Virus record (IMG/VR): IMGVR_UViG_3300020138_000013
Coordinates: 1 to 39,344 of that record
Source of the DNA: a virus
Taxonomy: Duplodnaviria; Caudoviricetes
DNA length: 39,344 bases
Reading direction: 5' to 3' (one strand)
This document shows positions 24,085 to 33,884 of the stretch, one piece after another (position 1 is the stretch's first letter; every line of letters starts with the position of its first letter). The notes under the pieces were generated by a model. It worked only from the letters and a program-made list of their open reading frames with translations, was not told the DNA's origin and ran no database searches. A program made the position numbers and the translations under genes.

Positions 24085-26250
24085 TTATTGAACTACTTTA
24101 GGAACCGTTGGTTGTGCTGAGTTGAGGGCATCAACAAGAGCCTTAGCGGTAGCTTCGTCAGAATTACTTCCTTCCACGACAATATTATAGTTATTGTGGT
24201 TTGTAATGTCAACAGAACTTCCACCAATATCAATAGGCCCGGGTAGCACAGGACCATTGCCAGGAGAAATTGAGGAATCACGATACTTCCGTGCCTCTAG
24301 ACCAAATTTTTCTCTTAGCCAGTCATTAGTCATAACACCAGCATTATTGACCCAAGCATTTAGCCCTTGGTTTCTCAATACATCAAAACTAATTGTAGGC
24401 CGTTCATACACAGGCTCGGTTGTATTAAAAGATTCTGGATTTTTGCTTAGTGATTGATACCGCCTTTCTACCTCTCCCTCTGGGGCAGCATCAACGGAAC
24501 CATAATCATTGACAACACTGTTAATTGCACCCTGCCTTGTATCCCTCTCAGACACAAGAGTGGCTACACGTGACTGATAGTCCGCCCAAGCAGAAGATAC
24601 GCCGGAGAAATCCCCGTTAACAACGGCAGCCATCATTCTAGCCAAAGATGCCAGGGATTCCATGATCCCTTGCAACCACATTGTTAATGAAGGAGAGAAA
24701 GCCCCTGAATTAAAGGATTTAAGAAATTTATCTCCAGCCTCATTTAGTGAATCAAATGCTATCTTCATATCCTTGTACACCTGCATTGCAGACTGTACAG
24801 CGGGGTTGCTATCCGCATCCCCGAACATATCCTGCCAGAAATTCCTTACATCTGTTTCGCCGTTTAACCAACGTTTTAACTCTGTTGGAAGGAGCATTGC
24901 AGCATTTAGCGCATGTGCTCCCCTCTCAAAGTACCTACCAATCCACTCGGCGTCATCCCGACTGTCGGACATGACTTGTCGAAGTGTATCCCATATAGAA
25001 GAAAGCCCTGCTGCGCCACCCCTATCATTGATGTCTTGCATTAGCAACTGTTGTTGCTCTTGGAATCTTCCTTGCTTATAGGGGAGAGACTGTTGGTATT
25101 TAGCCATCGCTGGACCAGACATCTCTTCCATTAATGCTGCCAGCTTTGGTAAGGCTTCCATGGGGTCTAGCTTCCCATCAGCCATCATTTTGAACAAAGT
25201 TTTGACATCTACCCCCATGGCTTTAGCCATCAGGGGGATTACTGTTGGGATGTGTTCACCCACCTGCCCCTTCAACTCTTCGGCCATGATTGTTCGCTTA
25301 CCAATCATTTGCTGGAAGCCTGTCATGGCACGTTTAATACTCTCTTCCCCCAATCCCATAGTGGAAGCGTATTTCATGATGCCAGAAAACATTTTAGGCA
25401 TCTTTGATTCTAATTCCGTTCCTTGGCTGGCGGCTAACATCTGTGTGTAGATGGGCGTCATACCCATAGACGTTTTACCTGTCTCTTGAGCAAGTTTCCT
25501 CAAGAAAGCCCTGTTCTGGTCCCCCGTCACCCCGAGCGTGGACATATCACTAACCATATCCAGGGCTGTGTTTTGTGCCACTTGTTCGGAAGCAAACCTA
25601 TTCATGGCGTTCAAGCCATAGACACCACCAACAAAAGGAAGGGAGAACGCACCAAAACGTAATGCAGCACCAAACCCACCGCCGATCATCATTGGATTAT
25701 GCCACGGATTATGGCTTCTCCCACCCCTATCTGCTGACCCCCAGAAAGCTGTGCTGTTTCTCCCTGCGTAACCTCCACCTCCTGTAGTGTTTCTTGCCCC
25801 TCCACGAACAGAGGCATTCACTCTAGCATTGATTCTGGGATTGATTGCTGTTCCCTCAAGGGCAGCTTTAATCTGTGAACGCATGAGGGATAGAGAAGCA
25901 CCAGACACCCTTAGCCCGACAGGAATACTGCCTTGCATCCCAGACTTTGGTAAAGCATTAGCAATTGCTGTACGTAAAGCCCTCTGGCTAACAGAGAAGC
26001 TATTTAGTTTAATGCTAACAGCATTCCCCGTTCTTAGGGATGTGGCCTTGTTAACAGCTAGTTGTAGTTTTCTAGCAAGATCACTACTATCTATCCCCAA
26101 CCTTAATTGTAGGGCTTTCTGTCTACTGATTCTAGCCTGAAATCCAGCAATCTGCTTTTCTAACTTCCCCAGATAACTTGTGACACCAGCAAGAGACTTA
26201 GGATCAGTTTGTATACCTACTGAGGCGTAGTATTGTGCTACTGTTGTCAT
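24085..26250 (-). CDS. Tape measure protein
   Basis: 721 aa, Ala-rich helical, QMIGKRTIMAEELKGQVGE tape-measure motif. Confidence 0.9.
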   Translation of the reverse strand: MTTVAQYYASVGIQTDPKSLAGVTSYLGKLEKQIAGFQARISRQKALQLRLGIDSSDLARKLQLAVNKATSLRTGNAVSIKLNSFSVSQRALRTAIANALPKSGMQGSIPVGLRVSGASLSLMRSQIKAALEGTAINPRINARVNASVRGGARNTTGGGGYAGRNSTAFWGSADRGGRSHNPWHNPMMIGGGFGAALRFGAFSLPFVGGVYGLNAMNRFASEQVAQNTALDMVSDMSTLGVTGDQNRAFLRKLAQETGKTSMGMTPIYTQMLAASQGTELESKMPKMFSGIMKYASTMGLGEESIKRAMTGFQQMIGKRTIMAEELKGQVGEHIPTVIPLMAKAMGVDVKTLFKMMADGKLDPMEALPKLAALMEEMSGPAMAKYQQSLPYKQGRFQEQQQLLMQDINDRGGAAGLSSIWDTLRQVMSDSRDDAEWIGRYFERGAHALNAAMLLPTELKRWLNGETDVRNFWQDMFGDADSNPAVQSAMQVYKDMKIAFDSLNEAGDKFLKSFNSGAFSPSLTMWLQGIMESLASLARMMAAVVNGDFSGVSSAWADYQSRVATLVSERDTRQGAINSVVNDYGSVDAAPEGEVERRYQSLSKNPESFNTTEPVYERPTISFDVLRNQGLNAWVNNAGVMTNDWLREKFGLEARKYRDSSISPGNGPVLPGPIDIGGSSVDITNHNNYNIVVEGSNSDEATAKALVDALNSAQPTVPKVVQ

Positions 26251-26253
26251 ACT

Positions 26254-26499
26254 TTATCTTCCAGATTGATTAGCCATAGCTCTTATTCTATTCTGCTCAA
26301 ATTCTTCAATAGTGGCTTTAGCGTCTAGGATTTCAATTACATCGAGCAACGTAATCACAGAATACTTGCCATTCCTGATGTTGTGCATTGTCTCTATTGG
26401 ATTGTTGCTTGCCAACACCACACGCATAATTCTAAAGTCAATGGACAATGAGGCTTGCATAGCCTTCATTTCAGGGGTGAGGTTGTTCACCACATCCAC
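26254..26499 (-). CDS. Tail assembly chaperone, C-terminal (T-like) part reached by -1 frameshift
   Basis: Frame is open back to slippery heptamer at 26562-26568. Confidence 0.7.
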   Translation of the reverse strand: MDVVNNLTPEMKAMQASLSIDFRIMRVVLASNNPIETMHNIRNGKYSVITLLDVIEILDAKATIEEFEQNRIRAMANQSGR

Positions 26500-26516
26500 C
26501 CCTAGCCTTTCCTCTT

Positions 26517-26867
26517 TTACTCTTCTACAGTAACGTCTTGGGATTGGCTGTCCATCTGCTCCAAAGGGCCGTCACCTGCGTCCTTGAAGAATGGGAAATT
26601 GAATTCAATGATTTCCGTGAAAATCTTACCAATATCTTCGTAGCGTCTTTGGAAGTGAATATTGAACCCACGGTCATCAAACGTCTTATTCTTGTAGATA
26701 ACACTCTTCTTCAGGATGTCCACTTTTCTTTTTGTAGATAGATTACCCATATTTTCCATGAGTTCATCCATCACCATGAGGCCATATTCAGCCCCCATGG
26801 CCTGTAGGAGGTAGGTTTCACCTCCCACTTCAATTTCTTTCTGATCGTATGTAATCTTATCAGCCAT
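26517..26867 (-). CDS. Tail assembly chaperone (G-like)
   Basis: Between tube genes and tape measure; ends ...IIEFNF. Confidence 0.8.
   Translation of the reverse strand: MADKITYDQKEIEVGGETYLLQAMGAEYGLMVMDELMENMGNLSTKRKVDILKKSVIYKNKTFDDRGFNIHFQRRYEDIGKIFTEIIEFNFPFFKDAGDGPLEQMDSQSQDVTVEE
26562..26568 (-). promoter_or_regulatory. -1 programmed ribosomal frameshift site C CCU UUG
   Basis: X XXY YYZ heptamer in frame; -1 frame is open into 26254..26499. Confidence 0.7.
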
Positions 26868-26879
26868 TTCCCTTTCCTT

Positions 26880-27344
26880 TTAAAAAATACTAGATACGGA
26901 ATCAAAGATGCTGGAAAGCAAACCTTCCCCACCTTCGTCTCCCCATCTTGAATTCAGACATTCAATAGTCCAGAGTCTTGTTCCCATATCTACTCTGTAC
27001 CCTCTATCTGCTGATCTTAAAACGTAGGCTTCTTCGGATGAAAACACTTCCCATCCAGAAGAATCCTTAAGGCTCACCTCAAGACGAACGCCTTGTGTGT
27101 TTACATCTAATTCCACTACACGAGTGAGAATTTGGTTTGTCATGCTTGTCTGGTGACATGCAATTTCAATTGTGGAATGCGTGTTTGGATCACTAATTCT
27201 GGTGTTCTTTCCACGAATCCCTTTCACTGTTTTAAACTCGGAACTACTACGTCTCACTGTAATAGATTCCCATCCTTCCACTGTAGCCCCGCCAAACGTA
27301 AGAAACACTTCATCAGGGGCATACGTCTTTACATCGTAAAACAT
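26880..27344 (-). CDS. Tail tube paralogue
   Basis: TYAPDEV N-terminal motif shared with tube protein. Confidence 0.7.
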   Translation of the reverse strand: MFYDVKTYAPDEVFLTFGGATVEGWESITVRRSSSEFKTVKGIRGKNTRISDPNTHSTIEIACHQTSMTNQILTRVVELDVNTQGVRLEVSLKDSSGWEVFSSEEAYVLRSADRGYRVDMGTRLWTIECLNSRWGDEGGEGLLSSIFDSVSSIF

Positions 27345-27353
27345 ACGTTCCCC

Positions 27354-27866
27354 TTAAAAGATGCTTGTTAATGTGGGGGCCAGCCCAAGAAGAATTTTAG
27401 TTGCATCCTCACCACCACCAGATGGTTCTTTATTTCCACCAACAAACAGGGTGGAAGATGCACAACGAATATTCCAATTTCTGTTTGTAATTGTTGTAGA
27501 GTATTCTGTTGATGGAAGATTCTCAATCCAAGCAGACGTAGCAAAAAACACTGTACTCCCAAGACTGTCCTTGATTAACAGGGGAAACTTCGCTACACTG
27601 GTGGAGTGATCTATTCCTGCAAGGATGGTGAGAGCATCATTTGATTCTGATGTGTTCATTAGAGAAAGGGATACAGTGTATGTATTACTATTTCTCTTCA
27701 CTCTACTCACCATTCCATCTGCTGATTCTGTTGTAGCAAAGAGGGGAGCGTCACGACTAATCGTGACAAAACTCCCCTCAACAAAGCCTGTGATATTCAG
27801 AATACCAGCCACCGCAACTTGGATATCTTCGGGGGAGTATGTAAATAGTGTTGCTTTATTACTCAT
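27354..27866 (-). CDS. Tail tube paralogue
   Basis: TYSPEDI, GFVEGSF, SESND, IKDSLG, RNWNI. Confidence 0.75.
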   Translation of the reverse strand: MSNKATLFTYSPEDIQVAVAGILNITGFVEGSFVTISRDAPLFATTESADGMVSRVKRNSNTYTVSLSLMNTSESNDALTILAGIDHSTSVAKFPLLIKDSLGSTVFFATSAWIENLPSTEYSTTITNRNWNIRCASSTLFVGGNKEPSGGGEDATKILLGLAPTLTSIF

Positions 27867-27882
27867 TACCCCTCCTTATCTC

Positions 27883-28428
27883 TTAGGGTGTTAGGTCTTC
27901 TGTAATCTGCCAGCGATCTTCCACTTCAAAATTCAAATCTTCCAGAGCATTTTGTGCATCTGGACTCAGACGCGCATTACCACCAAAATGTTGTGTCAGA
28001 TTGATAGCATGGATTGTCCAAGCACGATCAGAGATTTCTGGAGAGAAGCCTGCCGTTGGAGTTGTTCCAATATATGCCTGTGCAGACGAAAAGATTGAAC
28101 GTCCTGATGTGTCCTTGATAGTGATAGCAAAGATATCATCCCCATTACGAGATGCCTCATCAGCCACCAGAAGGGAGGATAGAACGTCATTAGACTCACC
28201 AGACTGGTGTAAGGTGAGGGTGATGTCTGCATTCTTTACAGCCCGTACAACACGAGCATTGGTGCCATCAGCACCATTGTAAGGAGTGGCATGGGGCACA
28301 ACACGTGTCACTTCCAAGAAGGAGCCTTCCGTGTAGCCGGAAATCTGGTGAGAAAACCGGCTGTTGTGCAGCGTCACTACTACGTCTTCTGGGGAGTAGC
28401 TACCCAACACTTCTTTTGCAATTGCCAT
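27883..28428 (-). CDS. Major tail tube protein
   Basis: SYSPEDV, GADG, ESND, IKDTSG, RAWTI; directly after sheath. Confidence 0.85.
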   Translation of the reverse strand: MAIAKEVLGSYSPEDVVVTLHNSRFSHQISGYTEGSFLEVTRVVPHATPYNGADGTNARVVRAVKNADITLTLHQSGESNDVLSSLLVADEASRNGDDIFAITIKDTSGRSIFSSAQAYIGTTPTAGFSPEISDRAWTIHAINLTQHFGGNARLSPDAQNALEDLNFEVEDRWQITEDLTP

Positions 28429-28477
28429 AGTATATTATCCTTGAATGTTATAAAAATCCTTTTAAATCAAGGACTTA

Positions 28478-29767
28478 TCAAACTGTAACGATGCCGTTCA
28501 CACGGATATAGTGCACAGCGCCGGAAAGCCTCGCTGCAAAAGTAAAGTCCCCTAGTCTACGAGCAGCACGTTCCTGTTCAGGAGTTGCTAGTGGGTCTGG
28601 GCTAACCACTGTGAATGGGGTGTCATCGGCAATGAGGCCATTAGCCACACCAGTACCTAGAACAGCACGAATTTCACTTTCAATTAGTGCGGCCCCTGCC
28701 CTTGTCATTGGGATTTTCTTACGGTTGATTAGACGATAAAACACGGATTCTTGAATGCGTGCTTGTAGCCAATCAACACCAATCATGATATCAATCCACT
28801 CACCACTGCTAACATTCCCTGTCTGCGTGATAGGGGCACCCTTGACAGTGGTGTAATAATTTACATTCTTGCTTTCTAGGGCTTGAATCTGTGTATCAGA
28901 CAGCTTGGCAACACGGATGCCTTCAAGGCGCTTGAATGCCCAAGTATTGCTTCCAGGCACTTCAATCAGTTGTGTACCGGTCCAAGCACATTCAGGGTAA
29001 TCCTCGTTGGCATATGGGGAATACATGATTGCTGTACGGGAGAATGTCCCTTCCATCAACAGGCTACCAATATCTGTGGTAGAGGATGTGGAGGTGACAT
29101 TAATATCAGAAGTGCTTGTCAGATAAATCTTACGCAGCCCTTGAATAACACCAGCCAGGGCTAGAATATCTTGGTCAAAACGTGCGTCTGAGAGTAAGGC
29201 ATACCACTCATTATCTGCCTCTAGAACAGCCTGTAGGGCTTCTGCATACCCCTCTGGGGCTTCCAGTGAGGATTCCACTTCCACTTCTACAACAACGGTT
29301 TCATCATTATCTTCGTCATCTGTTGCAACCACTGTGAAAGTATCTTCGCCTGAATATCCAACATCCCCACGATAAACGTATGTGCCGTCTTCTTCCACCT
29401 CCACCTCACCGTGCTCTGGTTGAACAGTGACGGAGTAGCTGACGGGATCAGTGATGGTGTCCAGTTCAATAACACCTGTCGCTGTTCCTTGTCCAGGGAA
29501 GGACGAAAAGGACACCTTACCAATCTTGAATGTTGCTGGTTTAAGATCACCAGAAAGCAATTTCTGTGTCATCTTGTAAGCAACGTGATCTGTACCAAAG
29601 AAACCACCAACAGCCTCAAGAGATGTAAATGTTTCTACACGGTTGGGCATGTCAATGGTGGCCTCATCCACTTGTACAAGCATCAGCGGGATATCGAACG
29701 AGGCAATATCAATTTGCTGAGTCTGACGGGAAATCTGAACCTCTACAATTCTATCTATGTTTGCCAT
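28478..29767 (-). CDS. Tail sheath protein (DUF3383-like) with inserted Ig-like domain
   Basis: PGSNTWAFKRL, GEWIDIMIGVDWL, FAARLSGAVH. Confidence 0.92.
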   Translation of the reverse strand: MANIDRIVEVQISRQTQQIDIASFDIPLMLVQVDEATIDMPNRVETFTSLEAVGGFFGTDHVAYKMTQKLLSGDLKPATFKIGKVSFSSFPGQGTATGVIELDTITDPVSYSVTVQPEHGEVEVEEDGTYVYRGDVGYSGEDTFTVVATDDEDNDETVVVEVEVESSLEAPEGYAEALQAVLEADNEWYALLSDARFDQDILALAGVIQGLRKIYLTSTSDINVTSTSSTTDIGSLLMEGTFSRTAIMYSPYANEDYPECAWTGTQLIEVPGSNTWAFKRLEGIRVAKLSDTQIQALESKNVNYYTTVKGAPITQTGNVSSGEWIDIMIGVDWLQARIQESVFYRLINRKKIPMTRAGAALIESEIRAVLGTGVANGLIADDTPFTVVSPDPLATPEQERAARRLGDFTFAARLSGAVHYIRVNGIVTV

Positions 29768-29780
29768 AGTCTATTTTTCC

Positions 29781-30461
29781 TTATTTTCTTTTCTTTGTCC
29801 CGTTGGGACGATTACCGTACATCTCTTCAGATAGATTATCATATTCATAGGCGGCTTCGTATTCACTGGAAAACCGCGATACGTGTGCCTTACCATTCTT
29901 ACTTATTTTACAAGTCCACTTATCCCCGTGTGCTTTAGATACTCCCATATAACAGGAAGTTGGCTCCCCAGAGTTTGTTTTCCTCTTATTATGGTTTTGA
30001 GTTGATCTTTCGGCCCATCGACAATTACTAGGCTCATAATTACCATCGACATCTATCCTGTCGAGAGTCATCCCCTTGGGTCTTTCTCCCATATCCGAGA
30101 GAAAATTTAGAAAGCCCTTTCCATCCGGTTCAAGCCATCTATCACAAACGGTGATGCCTCTTCCGCCATAGTCGGCATAATCATCTCGACCGGAATTACA
30201 ACACCGCTGTTTCATGTTTCGCCAGATTGTACTTTCTGTTGTTCCAGACTTCCCGTGATGCAGATTCAACCTTGAGGTTATTTCACTCCTGAGACAACCA
30301 CAAGATTTTATTGCGCGTGTACGTAAATGATATTCTTGGACAACCTTTCTATTGCCACGAGAGCACTCAACTTCTATAAAGTATTTCCGGTTTCCCGGCA
30401 CTTTAAAAGGCTTTGATACTGCTACTAACCGTTCACTGGTAAATCCGATTCCAACTACCAT
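29781..30461 (-). CDS. Free-standing HNH-family endonuclease with AP2-like tail
   Basis: WRNMKQRC, YGGRGITVCDRW, TLDRIDVDGNYEPSNCRWA. Confidence 0.88.
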   Translation of the reverse strand: MVVGIGFTSERLVAVSKPFKVPGNRKYFIEVECSRGNRKVVQEYHLRTRAIKSCGCLRSEITSRLNLHHGKSGTTESTIWRNMKQRCCNSGRDDYADYGGRGITVCDRWLEPDGKGFLNFLSDMGERPKGMTLDRIDVDGNYEPSNCRWAERSTQNHNKRKTNSGEPTSCYMGVSKAHGDKWTCKISKNGKAHVSRFSSEYEAAYEYDNLSEEMYGNRPNGTKKRK

Positions 30462-30492
30462 GTTATATTCTCCTTAAACTATTAAAGTATAA

Positions 30493-30521
30493 ATTCTAGC
30501 ACAAATTAATTCATTTGTCAA
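30493..30521 (-). promoter_or_regulatory. Sigma70-type promoter upstream of the HNH gene
   Basis: TTGACA-17nt-TAGAAT. Confidence 0.85.
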
Positions 30522-30555
30522 GCGATCAATTTGTGACATTATATTTCCTTATTGT

Positions 30556-31149
30556 TTAAATTGAATACACATCTCGGATATCACCGTCATCTGTTGTACG
30601 GAAATCTTCTGTGTCTGTTGTTCTTTCTTCTAATTCTTCCGGATAGATACGGAACACCTCACCATTAATCGTGATAAATTCCACCCAATCCATAACATGA
30701 CGAGACTGAATAGCAAAGCTAAAATCTACGTCCAAATTCCAAGCATCCACCCATTGTGTTTCTCGTGGCTGTGGAATCCTTCTCAATTTGCTTTTACGCA
30801 AGAATCCCAGCTTTCTTTTCTGGAATTCCTCCATAAAAGGCTTGATAGCCGGCAATCCATCATCAAAATCCCAAGAAAGACTATCTGCCTCTTTTCCATT
30901 AAAAGAAAGTCTAAGGCAAAGGGTGAAGAATTCTGTATCCCAACTTTCTGCATCCCTGGAAAGATATGTAGAATAGGATGTTCTCCCCTGCCTTTGTCTG
31001 TCAAGGATGTTGACAATGCAATATGTCTTAGTAGGCTCTAATCCATTCTCGTTAGCAAACACAATCTTTGCTTCTGGATAATCCAATTCACGAAAGATGG
31101 CCTCCAAGCTATCATAAATACTGTCTTTGATAACTTCCACTAGCTTCAT
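30556..31149 (-). CDS. Tail terminator / completion protein
   Basis: Synteny before sheath; acidic C-terminal RTTD repeats. Confidence 0.7.
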   Translation of the reverse strand: MKLVEVIKDSIYDSLEAIFRELDYPEAKIVFANENGLEPTKTYCIVNILDRQRQGRTSYSTYLSRDAESWDTEFFTLCLRLSFNGKEADSLSWDFDDGLPAIKPFMEEFQKRKLGFLRKSKLRRIPQPRETQWVDAWNLDVDFSFAIQSRHVMDWVEFITINGEVFRIYPEELEERTTDTEDFRTTDDGDIRDVYSI

Positions 31150-31631
31150 GTCTTTCTCACCACCCTGGATTTAATTGAATCGTAGAGTGTACCACTATCA
31201 ATCAGCACCTCTCCGTGGCCCTTCAAGGCAATGGTTAGTGGGGAATTGGGAGGGGTGTTCCAATCAAGGATACTTTTTTTCATCAGATTCACCATATCCT
31301 CTGCTATTGTTCTATTCAAAACAGCCCAAGATAATCTTCCCATCGCTACCTCAGCAACTAGGGGCATATACTTGGAATACTTTAATCTCTTTAACTTCCC
31401 CATGAAACCAATAGTGAGGAATGGGCGAGGAGGCGAATAACCTCCCATCCCTGTCATATGACCTTCCTCATTCCACGCAGCCACTTGTGCTACAGGAACA
31501 CCAGTGGGGTGTCTTGAATTCCACCATCCCACTTCTACAGCATTGTGGCTTCCTGTCTTAGACAAATTGCGTAGTATTTTACGCAGCACTTTGTCATCTT
31601 TCTTTACAGAAACCTTTAGGGAGAAAGCCAT
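31146..31631 (-). CDS. Neck / tail completion protein
   Basis: AAWNEEG...PPRPF...PNSPLTIALKG...LIDSG; start reassigned to ATG 31631. Confidence 0.8.
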   Translation of the reverse strand: MAFSLKVSVKKDDKVLRKILRNLSKTGSHNAVEVGWWNSRHPTGVPVAQVAAWNEEGHMTGMGGYSPPRPFLTIGFMGKLKRLKYSKYMPLVAEVAMGRLSWAVLNRTIAEDMVNLMKKSILDWNTPPNSPLTIALKGHGEVLIDSGTLYDSIKSRVVRKT

Positions 31632-31632
31632 A

Positions 31633-32019
31633 TCAATACCCCGCTGTAACAGGCTCCTTAGCACAATAAACACAGAAATGATCTAGCACCCCCATGTCAT
31701 ATTGTTTCTGCTTCATAGCTTTGTAACGCTTGTCGTGGTAGATAAGAACATCTGCTAAATTGGGATCAGTGCCTTCTTCCGCTGTAACTACAGATTCAGC
31801 CGTATACACCTTAATCCATTCTCTTGTACGATCTGCTTCAGGCATCTGTAAAATTTCATTCATCTTTACAGGCTGAACATTTCCTTCAATAGAGAATTCT
31901 TCTGGAATCTCGGATTCTACCCACCTTCCTTTCACCCACTCCCCAATCTTTCTAACTACAGGGATTTCAATTTTATGTGTAAGCAAGAAAGTGGGGATTG
32001 ATGTTTTTGGAAGTGGCAT
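31633..32019 (-). CDS. Head closure protein
   Basis: GRWV...GNVQP...ADVL motifs; synteny. Confidence 0.75.
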   Translation of the reverse strand: MPLPKTSIPTFLLTHKIEIPVVRKIGEWVKGRWVESEIPEEFSIEGNVQPVKMNEILQMPEADRTREWIKVYTAESVVTAEEGTDPNLADVLIYHDKRYKAMKQKQYDMGVLDHFCVYCAKEPVTAGY

Positions 32020-32035
32020 ATTCAATTCCTTGTTA

Positions 32036-32239
32036 TTATTCTGCGGCGATTTCTAGTGCCTTGATACGGGCAGCCAGTTCTTCTAGAATGCCTTGTACGT
32101 CAGTGGCAGTGCCATCTTCAACAGCATCAGCAGTAACGTCTACGGCAGCAACAGGGCCACCGCCTTCACCCACTTCAGCCAGAATTTCTTCTTTCAGAAG
32201 AGCATCTTGCCAAGCGGCTTTATTAATATAGTTTACCAT
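32036..32239 (-). CDS. Small acidic virion-type protein
   Basis: AAGGA RBS; TATDVQGILEELAARI motif. Confidence 0.65.
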   Translation of the reverse strand: MVNYINKAAWQDALLKEEILAEVGEGGGPVAAVDVTADAVEDGTATDVQGILEELAARIKALEIAAE

Positions 32240-32252
32240 CTTTATTCCTTAG

Positions 32253-32732
32253 TCACTTCAGAAAAATGAATGTTCCATCATCACAACATTTTGGATATCT
32301 ATCCACCCGAGTCCACCATGCAGTACAGGGAGTGATTTGAGCCAATGGGCTTCTATTCTTGTCTGGATTGCAGTTGGATGCTTCCACATCAGCACGACTA
32401 ATACCGGCTGCATAAGGAATTAAATCTGGGGGTAGGGTGTAGGGACTAGAATCATCCAGGAAGTCTTGTAGGGCTTTATAATAGGCCAGAGAGGCATTAT
32501 TCCAAACCTCAATATCCCCCGTACGTTCACGGTAGGGGAGCATGGTTAATTGCATGGAAATGCTCAAACCTGCCCGTCTAGCAGCCCGTTTTACATCCCA
32601 ATGTTCCAGTTCAAGAATAGCAAAGTATTCTTCGTCTGTTAGAATGGGATAGAAAATGCTTCCTGTAGAATCCCCGATAAGAATGCGTGTGATGTTTATC
32701 TTTGCCTGTTGTTCAGGAGCGATATCATCCAT
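32253..32732 (-). CDS. Head-tail adaptor protein
   Basis: RILIGD...ILTDEEY; follows capsid gene. Confidence 0.75.
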   Translation of the reverse strand: MDDIAPEQQAKINITRILIGDSTGSIFYPILTDEEYFAILELEHWDVKRAARRAGLSISMQLTMLPYRERTGDIEVWNNASLAYYKALQDFLDDSSPYTLPPDLIPYAAGISRADVEASNCNPDKNRSPLAQITPCTAWWTRVDRYPKCCDDGTFIFLK

Positions 32733-32744
32733 AAGTTCTCCCTT

Positions 32745-32788
32745 ACAAACAAAAACAGGGAGAGGAAAACTCCCTCTCCTCTCCCTGT
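32745..32788 (-). terminator. Intrinsic terminator after the major capsid gene
   Basis: ACAGGGAGAGGA/TCCTCTCCCTGT 12-bp stem followed by TTTTGTTTG. Confidence 0.85.
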
Positions 32789-32801
32789 CTTATTAGGCTA
32801 A

Positions 32802-33848
32802 TTAATCACTTGCAGTGAGGGTGATAACTGCTTGTGGGCGAGTCATCACATTCAGGAAGTTGGATTCGGTCATCAGTTCGATGATGTCATCCTTACCACC
32901 CATATGTTGGAACATATACAGTTCACTTGCAGTGCGGTTGATAGTGCTGAAGCGGTTTGCTGGTGCAAAGAAAGTGCGGAAGATATCCGAACCCATTGGC
33001 AGCAGATAGGCTTCACCATCAGCAACATAAGGCTGACCACCAACAGAACCACGTACTTCGATGAAAGTGATACCACCGTATTCAAATACACGATAGCGGC
33101 TATCCAGGCCACGGCCAGTGCCGAGACGCTGATTCAGAATAGCAGTGCCTTGTGCTTGATTGAAGTAGCGGTAGGATTCAACAACGAATGGGTTTTTCAC
33201 CAGGGCGTTGAAGAATGATGGGCTGCACAGAGCAATAATGTCAGTAACAGTGTCACCAGCCAGGATACCGTCTTGAACAGCAGCGATAGCGTTGTTAGCA
33301 GCACCCAGAGGGTCAATGGTAGTGGATGACAGGTCAAAGTTGACGGACTCACGGCCAACACCAAACTCAGTATAGAAGTTGGTGACAACGGTGCCATTAG
33401 GGGCGTAGACGGAGCCATCACGGATCAGTTGGGCACGAGCCACTTCCAGGGTGAGGGCATGAACCTTACGCAGGTGTTCCATCTTACGGGCCATCACTTG
33501 GGGGATAGTTTCCAGGGTGTTACCACCAGCTAGGAGACTATCGTAGTCGATTACACCGTCAACGTCATTTGGGGTGACAGCATCATCAACAGGGAAGTGA
33601 GGAATGGCAAGAGTCAGAAAATCACGGTCGCCGGACTTGACAGTGCTATTACGTTCGTCCCAATTGCGATCAACAGCTACAGCTTCAATTTCTGTAGTGC
33701 GAGGAATCATCACAAACTTATGGGCCTTTGGTTCGTTAGTGAACAGACCTAGTTGTTGGAATAGACCCCACTCGTTGGGGATCAGGTTGATTTCTGCGGA
33801 CAGATCAACGGCACGGCCAGGATTGAAAGGATTTGCGATAGTTGGCAT
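32802..33848 (-). CDS. Major capsid protein (lambda gpE-like)
   Basis: INLIPNEWG..QLGLF, IPHF, FEYGGITF, ESNFL..TRP; strongly biased codons. Confidence 0.93.
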   Translation of the reverse strand: MPTIANPFNPGRAVDLSAEINLIPNEWGLFQQLGLFTNEPKAHKFVMIPRTTEIEAVAVDRNWDERNSTVKSGDRDFLTLAIPHFPVDDAVTPNDVDGVIDYDSLLAGGNTLETIPQVMARKMEHLRKVHALTLEVARAQLIRDGSVYAPNGTVVTNFYTEFGVGRESVNFDLSSTTIDPLGAANNAIAAVQDGILAGDTVTDIIALCSPSFFNALVKNPFVVESYRYFNQAQGTAILNQRLGTGRGLDSRYRVFEYGGITFIEVRGSVGGQPYVADGEAYLLPMGSDIFRTFFAPANRFSTINRTASELYMFQHMGGKDDIIELMTESNFLNVMTRPQAVITLTASD

Positions 33849-33884
33849 TTATTAAATCTCCAATTATTATTTCTTATTACTTAA

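Noticed and set aside
14901-32239. Acidic virion proteins as evidence of a halophilic host
   Set aside because: Acidity is patchy and replication proteins are Lys-rich; needs a proteome-wide pI calculation
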